From a virus (lineage: Duplodnaviria; Caudoviricetes): DNA of 28,714 bases. Both the position numbers and the translations under genes were made by a program. Location of the stretch: positions 1 through 28,714 of the IMG/VR virus record IMGVR_UViG_3300032225_000633. One strand, written 5' to 3'. Positions 23,570-28,714 of the stretch are shown piece after piece (positions within the stretch are counted from its first letter, which is position 1; each line of letters begins with the position of its first letter). Below the pieces are notes generated by a model that was given only the letters and a program-made list of their open reading frames with translations, was not told the origin of the DNA and searched no databases.

Positions 23570-23617
23570 CCACAACATCTAGTGGTCAAAGCCTAGCGTA
23601 ACCACAACATATTGAAT
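23570..23617. promoter_or_regulatory. Tandem NrdR-like boxes flanking the terminase promoter -10
   Basis: CCACAACATCTAGTGG (23570-23585) and CCACAACATATTGAAT (23602-23617), 32 bp apart; -10 TAGGCT at 23590-23595 lies between them. Confidence 0.8.
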
Positions 23618-23624
23618 CGGTTTG

Positions 23625-23730
23625 AACTGCGGAGGCGCGAAATGTGTGGGGCTCGGGGTGCTGTCCGCAACGCTTTTCAGAAAAAAACCCACCCCCGTTG
23701 ATGCCAGGTAGGGCCTACCAATATCGAGGC
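23625..23730. other. Probable cos / packaging-initiation region
   Basis: Non-coding interval between HNH and terS with GGGGGTGGG and T-run elements, the usual place for cos in phages with this gene order; the exact cut site is not identifiable. Confidence 0.4.
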
Positions 23731-23732
23731 AC

Positions 23733-23758
23733 AAAAAAACCGCTGTTGTTCAGCGGTT
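23733..23758 (-). terminator. Intrinsic terminator after the HNH gene
   Basis: AACCGCTG-aacaa-CAGCGGTT followed by TTTTT. Confidence 0.85.
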
Positions 23759-23790
23759 AGTCGGGGGTACTGCCCTGCAATCGGTGGCTG

Positions 23791-24123
23791 CTATCCCACC
23801 CCTTCCTCTAGTGGTTTGTTTCCGCGTTTTGCGTTACAGCTTCTATGCGCTGCCGCAAGTGGTGATGTTGAGTCTCCGGCTATGAGGTGGTCGGCTTGCC
23901 ACGGATCGGTGGCACGGTATCCCTGCCCGCACAGGTGGCAGGTGACTGCCCCCTCCCTTATGCGTTTTGAAATGCTTTTGTATCTAGCGTTATAGAGTTC
24001 TTTCTTTTTTGCAAGACGGGCTGGATTGTTTTCTCGCGCCCGATTGAGTGCCGCCTGATGTTCTGGGCAGTATTGGTTAGGGCTGAGAACGCCACACGTT
24101 ATGCATGGCTTGGGAAACTTCAT
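23791..24123 (-). CDS. Packaging-associated HNH endonuclease (HK97 gp74-like)
   Basis: CITCG...CPEH; CHLCG...QADH...AAHRSCNAKRG; adjacent to terS. Confidence 0.88.
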   Translation of the reverse strand: MKFPKPCITCGVLSPNQYCPEHQAALNRARENNPARLAKKKELYNARYKSISKRIREGAVTCHLCGQGYRATDPWQADHLIAGDSTSPLAAAHRSCNAKRGNKPLEEGVG

Positions 24124-24260
24124 TCCGGGTCATCCTCGGGCGGTGTTGGTTGTTCTTCGACCTGTGGCGTCATCATGGCTTGGGCCTGCTCCATGATCTC
24201 GCGCGAGGTGCGAATGTATGGTTTCGGTTGCGGTAGTGGTGGATTGTTTTTTGCGCTCAT
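24120..24260 (-). CDS. Small Pro-rich protein (46 aa, not in ORF track)
   Basis: MSAKNNPPLPQPKPYIRTSREIMEQAQAMMTPQVEEQPTPPEDDPE; GGAGA SD; ATGA overlap with HNH. Confidence 0.65.
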   Translation of the reverse strand: MSAKNNPPLPQPKPYIRTSREIMEQAQAMMTPQVEEQPTPPEDDPE

Positions 24261-24262
24261 TT

Positions 24263-24460
24263 TTATTCGTCTCCAATCTGTTTGCAAATGAGTTCACAAC
24301 CATCTTCTTCATCTTTGGGTTTCGGAAAATGGAATCGCTCATGTGCCTCCGCCATGAATTGCGCTTCCCTTTGGCCGTCGGCATTGCCGTGCGTGTCATG
24401 CACGTCGCAATACCATGTCCAGCCCGCTTGCGTACAACCGTGTACCAATGTCTTTGCCAT
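24263..24460 (-). CDS. Small Cys/His-rich hypothetical protein
   Basis: AGGAGGAG SD; WYCDVHDTHG...HERFH...C. Confidence 0.7.
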   Translation of the reverse strand: MAKTLVHGCTQAGWTWYCDVHDTHGNADGQREAQFMAEAHERFHFPKPKDEEDGCELICKQIGDE

Positions 24461-24469
24461 TTCTCCTCC

Positions 24470-25495
24470 TTAGTCGAGCCACACCTGATATGCGGCGGTT
24501 ACCCTGCCCGCTTCTGTGTCAATGAAGTGCAAACGCTGTGATGGGACGCCCGACGCGGCGAGACTATCCCGTGCATAGCGGTTATCTGATTCTGTTGATC
24601 CTGTCCAATAGATAGCCCCAAGCCCATCCGCGAGTGGTTCCTGCGCGTTGCGGTGATAGTGGCCGAGATATATGTCTTGGAACGCCCACTTGTATGCGCC
24701 ACCGCGCCACCTGTTGCCCGCTGCAATCCATGCCTGAGGCGAGGCGAACCCTGACCTGCCCACCTCATCACCGTGCATGAGCAACGCGCGATAGTTGCCC
24801 ATCTCGATGCGCTGAATATCTTCAGGGCAGTCTTGCCAGGTCAAACGCTTTTCGCTAGCGAGAAGTTGCTTTGCGAGCTCGTAACACATTCTGTCTACGT
24901 TGTCGTTCTTCGGTACTGCGTCACGCTTGGAACCAATGCGCCCGTGGTTTCCCCACTCAGATACGACGGTCACGGTTTCATAGTTGGCGAGTGCATGGCG
25001 CACCACATCCACAATGAGGCGCGACACGTTCACATATTGCTCGAATAACGTGGCATCAATCTCGAACGCCTGGGTAGCGAAGTTGAACAAGCCTTCAATC
25101 ATGTCTCCGCCGAAGGCAATGGTGCAATGCTTCACGGGATGATCCGCGCGCTGAATCTCAGTTATGCGTACCGCCTTCTCGCAGAATTGCATGACGCGCT
25201 TCACCATGATTTGGCTGTTATAACTTGGCGTGACTTTTGCACCCTGCCAATCGGTCATGACCCATAAGGCGGCTTCGGGCCCTTTGCGTCTGTCTGGCTT
25301 TGGTTCTCGCACAGGCTGTATCGGGCCTGCCGCTAATGTGGCGTCGTAGGCTGCCCTATGCGTGGCTTCGACGAGGTGCTGGTAAACGTCTTTCGCGCTT
25401 GCCAACTGTCGCTGGAGTCGAACAACCGCGCGACGAAGCTCAACAACGTCACGGGGTAATTCTTCCGGCGGCTCTAAGTTTTCAAGCACGAGCAT
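24470..25495 (-). CDS. Calcineurin-like metallophosphoesterase (MRE11-like nuclease) with N-terminal coiled coil
   Basis: TDWQ, GGDMIEG, GNHGR, HGD and GHYH motifs. Confidence 0.85.
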   Translation of the reverse strand: MLVLENLEPPEELPRDVVELRRAVVRLQRQLASAKDVYQHLVEATHRAAYDATLAAGPIQPVREPKPDRRKGPEAALWVMTDWQGAKVTPSYNSQIMVKRVMQFCEKAVRITEIQRADHPVKHCTIAFGGDMIEGLFNFATQAFEIDATLFEQYVNVSRLIVDVVRHALANYETVTVVSEWGNHGRIGSKRDAVPKNDNVDRMCYELAKQLLASEKRLTWQDCPEDIQRIEMGNYRALLMHGDEVGRSGFASPQAWIAAGNRWRGGAYKWAFQDIYLGHYHRNAQEPLADGLGAIYWTGSTESDNRYARDSLAASGVPSQRLHFIDTEAGRVTAAYQVWLD

Positions 25496-25707
25496 TCTCC
25501 ACGACGGTGAACCGCGAGTGTGTCGGCCTTGATATCAATACCGCGTTCAGCCAATGCACGAGACAGTCCGTAACTTGTCCATTTCGTACGGTCAGCCATA
25601 GCCGCTTCGAGGAGTTTGCGATCGTCTTTGTCTAGCGATTCCAAGATGCGCCGTACTTTGCATGGGCGAACCAACAAAACAGGTTCCATGCCATCAAGAA
25701 TGCCCAT
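25474..25707 (-). CDS. Small putative DNA-binding protein (HTH-like, C...HRRGECSC)
   Basis: SYGLSRALAERGIDIKADTLAVHRR; TAATG coupling. Confidence 0.65.
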   Translation of the reverse strand: MGILDGMEPVLLVRPCKVRRILESLDKDDRKLLEAAMADRTKWTSYGLSRALAERGIDIKADTLAVHRRGECSCLKT

Positions 25708-26063
25708 TAGAACGGCTCTTCCGCGAACGCCCGTTGACTGAATGACTCAGACTTTCCGGACTGTACGAGTTCCACGCTGTCGGCCTTGATTGTGAGCGAT
25801 GAATATGTCTTTCCAGCATTTTCGCGAACTTCGGTAAATTGCTTTCCAACAACCTTCACTTTGTCGCCCACTTTGAACTTGGTAAAGTCAATTTCGATTT
25901 GCCACCCAGCTTTCACGGTGAAGTACGTGCGAGACGCCAATACGGATTCTTCGCCCTCTTTTTTGTAGTGCGGTTCACTAATCTTCATGCCCCAATGTGG
26001 ATGCGGGTCGGTGCTTTCCTTTTTCCATTCTTGAACGTAGCCAACTACGACGATCTCAGCCAT
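25707..26063 (-). CDS. ssb: Single-stranded DNA-binding protein (OB fold)
   Basis: IVVVGYV...TYFTVK...KVGDKVKVVGK...LTIKADSV; acidic/aromatic tail EEPF; start ATG 26063. Confidence 0.75.
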   Translation of the reverse strand: MAEIVVVGYVQEWKKESTDPHPHWGMKISEPHYKKEGEESVLASRTYFTVKAGWQIEIDFTKFKVGDKVKVVGKQFTEVRENAGKTYSSLTIKADSVELVQSGKSESFSQRAFAEEPF

Positions 26064-26230
26064 TATTTGTTCTCCAATTCCAAGCAAACCTGTATTTCAT
26101 GCATGGCGACCTCCGCCGACATTTCGTTGAATTGCGCGTAACGCTGCACAACATCCACGATGTTCTTGAGTTGCGTTATGCGTGGATTCACGACTTCTTC
26201 GAGATACTGCGCCATTTGTGCTTGGTTCAT
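26063..26230 (-). CDS. Hypothetical protein (55 aa, not in ORF track)
   Basis: MNQAQMAQYLEEVVNPRITQLKNIVDVVQRYAQF...; SD GGAAGGGAA; ATGA and TAATG coupling at the two ends. Confidence 0.75.
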   Translation of the reverse strand: MNQAQMAQYLEEVVNPRITQLKNIVDVVQRYAQFNEMSAEVAMHEIQVCLELENK

Positions 26231-26478
26231 AGTTTGTTCCCTTCCACGTAGTTTGCGAAGGCACGTTCTTGGGCCTCGGTTAAGTGTAGTACGACATCCC
26301 GACGTTTCACCTTAGGTTTAGGCTTCGAGACAATGGTGCGTGTTTTCGCGGGTTGTTTGGTTGCCTGACGTTTCGGTGCCCGTTTGCGAACCGTTCCCGC
26401 TTTCGTGAGCATGGCCCGCGCTTGATCCGGCTGCAAGGTGAAGCGTTCAGTTTCGAGTTTCTCCAGGTCGATATGCAT
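26227..26478 (-). CDS. Basic hypothetical protein
   Basis: Start reassigned to ATG 26478, just after the methyltransferase stop; K/R-rich. Confidence 0.65.
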   Translation of the reverse strand: MHIDLEKLETERFTLQPDQARAMLTKAGTVRKRAPKRQATKQPAKTRTIVSKPKPKVKRRDVVLHLTEAQERAFANYVEGNKL

Positions 26479-26485
26479 GATTTCG

Positions 26486-27460
26486 TTATAGAGGCTCAAT
26501 TTCAACCTCCCCAAACATTCCGCAATCATCGCTTATGCGCTTCTTGCTCAACTCCGCATATTCCGGGTTTAGCTCGGTACCGACATAGTTTCGACCATTG
26601 CGTAGCGCGACCACGCCCGTAGTCCCTGAGCCACTAAACGGATCAAGAATCGTGTCACCCTCGCGCGAACCAGCAAGCACGCAAGGCTCGATTAGTGCTA
26701 GTGGATAAACGGCAAAGTGTGCACCAGAGTAAGGCTGAACGGGAACAGTCCAAACGTCACGTTTGTTCTTTTTGCCATCGGCACCAAAGACTCGTTCGCC
26801 CAGTGAAAACCTATCTCCACCGACATAGTCGGCTTGATAACCTTCCGCGTTCTTATTGCGTGAAGTTAGTTCGGTTAGCGCATCTTCTTTGATTGCCTCG
26901 TGGTCATAGAAATATTTTGCAGATTTTGACAACAAGAAAATATGCTCATGCGATTTTGTCGGCCGATCAGTCACGCTTTCCGGCATGGGATTCGGCTTAT
27001 GCCAGATGATTTCTGAGCGCAAATACCAGCCTCGTGCCTGTAGTGCGAACGCTACGCGCCATGGAATACCGACCAAATCTTTGTGCTTTATTTGCGAATT
27101 AACAAAACTTGATGCCATACGATTTGCTGCGCTTCCCTTCGGTACCAGAGTTCCTGTGCTTTCTCCGCGCGTCGTGTCTGGTGTGGCCTTGCCATCTCGG
27201 TAAGAGGCATAACTATCACCAAGATTCAGCCACAACGTTCCATCATCCGCAAGCACACGCCAAACCTCATCAAACACAACGCACAACTGCTTCACGTACT
27301 CATCAGGCGTTTGCTCAAGTCCTATCTGGTCATTTTCGCCATAATCACGAAGTCCCCAATATGGCGGCGACGTAATGCACGTTTGCACCGAGCTTGCCTT
27401 AAGTGTTGCCAGAGTTTTGCGGTTGTCTCCGACCAAAATACGAGCCGTGTTAAACATCAT
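26486..27460 (-). CDS. DNA methyltransferase, N4-cytosine/N6-adenine family (beta class)
   Basis: ITSPPYWG catalytic motif, IIWHKPN, HFAVYP, LDPFSGSGTT SAM-binding motif. Confidence 0.93.
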   Translation of the reverse strand: MMFNTARILVGDNRKTLATLKASSVQTCITSPPYWGLRDYGENDQIGLEQTPDEYVKQLCVVFDEVWRVLADDGTLWLNLGDSYASYRDGKATPDTTRGESTGTLVPKGSAANRMASSFVNSQIKHKDLVGIPWRVAFALQARGWYLRSEIIWHKPNPMPESVTDRPTKSHEHIFLLSKSAKYFYDHEAIKEDALTELTSRNKNAEGYQADYVGGDRFSLGERVFGADGKKNKRDVWTVPVQPYSGAHFAVYPLALIEPCVLAGSREGDTILDPFSGSGTTGVVALRNGRNYVGTELNPEYAELSKKRISDDCGMFGEVEIEPL

Positions 27461-28662
27461 TGACTCACCGCCCGAGAGTAGCGACCATCCCAATGCAAAC
27501 GAATCTCCCCCGTCTCGCCGTGGCGGTTCTTAGCCACGTCCATTATGAGTTCCTCGCGCGGGAATATCCCTTCACGTCGTAGCAAAATCACTACGTCTGC
27601 GTCTTGCTCAATTGCGCCGGACTCTCGCAGGTCAGATAAACGCGGCACAGCGTCAGCGGTGCGTTCTGAGTTGCGGTTCAGTTGAGACAGCGCGATCACA
27701 GGCACACGAAAGTCATTAGCGAGAATCTTCAGCTGGCGAGAAAACTCCGCTACTTGGTTGTGCCGTTCCATCTTCGACTTGGACGTGAGTAGTTGGAGAT
27801 AGTCCACGATCACCCCTGCAAGTTTGCCCTGACGTGAGACGGTGCGCACGAATTGGCGAATGTCTGACGGGTTCACGCCCGAACGGTCATCGACTGCAAT
27901 CCGTAGGCCCGCGATACTTTCGCGCTGTTCCGCGAGCACTTGCTTTTCCACCGCTGAGAGTCTGGCGTCATTCAAGTGCCCCACGCTGATATCGAGGCGT
28001 TCGGCAACAATGCGCGAGACAAGTTCAGTCTCGGTCATCTCCAGCGATGAGAACGACACAAGGCCATGCTTCGAGAGTTGCGTGGCGATTTGCGCCGCTA
28101 CGACAGTCTTACCCACGCCGGGACGCGCTGCCACAACGTACACAGCACCGGGACGGAATCCGCCTATTGCTGCATTCAATCCATGCCAGGGCGACGGAAT
28201 AAACATTTCTTTCGCCTCAAGTTTCTTTTCAAGGCTTGGGAGAATGTCTCGGATAAAGCGCACTTTGCTCGCAGATTGCCCTACCGCTTCATCGACAAGT
28301 TGGCGGGCCCGTTCCACAACTTCCGAAGCGGTCAGCGAATCTTCGAGGTTCGCGAGCCCTAAGCCCGCGCTCTTGAGTCTGCGACGTAACGCGGCGTCGG
28401 TGATGATGCCCGCATATTCTTCGACTGCGTACGATCCGAACGCATATTCGTTCAGGCTCGTGATGAGTTGCGAGTGCTGAGGAAGTGCCGCCGATACTGT
28501 GATGAAGTCAGCGGTGCGCCCGGATTCCGTGAGTGTCTTTATCATGTCGAACAAGTCGCCTAGTTGCGGGTTAGCAAAGTCTGCGCCGGACACGTTCACG
28601 AGATCAACAACGCTCGGTTTTCCAAGACACGCGCCTACGAGGGCCTTCTCGGTGTCAAACAT
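27457..28662 (-). CDS. dnaB: DnaB-like replicative helicase
   Basis: AARPGVGKT, SLEM, IVDYLQL, LSQLNR, LSDLRESGAIEQDAD, AKNRHG. Confidence 0.96.
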   Translation of the reverse strand: MFDTEKALVGACLGKPSVVDLVNVSGADFANPQLGDLFDMIKTLTESGRTADFITVSAALPQHSQLITSLNEYAFGSYAVEEYAGIITDAALRRRLKSAGLGLANLEDSLTASEVVERARQLVDEAVGQSASKVRFIRDILPSLEKKLEAKEMFIPSPWHGLNAAIGGFRPGAVYVVAARPGVGKTVVAAQIATQLSKHGLVSFSSLEMTETELVSRIVAERLDISVGHLNDARLSAVEKQVLAEQRESIAGLRIAVDDRSGVNPSDIRQFVRTVSRQGKLAGVIVDYLQLLTSKSKMERHNQVAEFSRQLKILANDFRVPVIALSQLNRNSERTADAVPRLSDLRESGAIEQDADVVILLRREGIFPREELIMDVAKNRHGETGEIRLHWDGRYSRAVSQ

Positions 28663-28714
28663 CTTCCGGCTCGATTCCGAATTGCTTTTTAGGCGGCGGA
28701 GGCTGGTTCGTCAC
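28592..28714. repeat. Terminal direct repeat, right copy
   Basis: Identical to 1-123. Confidence 0.97.

Noticed and set aside
24130-24399. 89-aa minus-strand ORF
   Set aside because: Overlaps two better-supported ORFs (24263..24460 and 24120..24260) that have SDs and coupling.
26312-26330. Second IdeR-like sequence TTAGGTTTAGGCTTCGAGA
   Set aside because: The right half does not match the palindrome, and it lies within a CDS encoding SKPKPK.
27842-28480. 212-aa plus-strand ORF, and the other plus-strand ORFs in the track
   Set aside because: Antisense shadows of conserved genes such as dnaB; Ser/Arg-rich low-information translations.
1-28714. tRNA, rRNA, integrase or IS elements
   Set aside because: No cloverleaf, recombinase or transposase motif was recognised by eye; the short intergenic gaps are accounted for by promoters and terminators. 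A tRNAscan/HMM run would be needed to exclude them formally.

Overview
The window is a complete, circularly assembled genome of a small tailed phage: bases 1-123 are repeated exactly at 28592-28714, giving a unit length of 28,591 bp. It is a siphovirus with an HK97-type capsid, and every credible gene is on the minus strand. WhiB, an actinobacterial-type purine nucleoside phosphorylase, leaderless TANNNT promoters and DtxR/IdeR-type and NrdR-type operators point to an actinobacterial host. Gene order on the minus strand: early/replication block (RHH protein, resolvase, YqaJ exonuclease and annealase, WhiB, HNH, PNP, initiator with iterons, DnaB, DNA methyltransferase, SSB, metallophosphoesterase, HNH), then terminase, portal, multidomain protease, a 4-Cys HiPIP-like protein, capsid, four glycosyltransferases plus a cytidylyltransferase, neck/tail genes and an endolysin-holin fusion. 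No integrase, ParA/B or CI-type repressor is recognisable. The most striking signal is regulatory. The terminase promoter is flanked by two NrdR-like boxes 32 bp apart, the capsid promoter -10 lies inside a 19/19 match to the IdeR/DtxR iron box, and three structural-gene promoters carry a GACAC (WhiA-type) motif 25-26 nt from their -10. This suggests virion morphogenesis is gated by host sensors of dNTP, iron and cell-cycle state. All family calls come from reading motifs by eye; no database searches were run.
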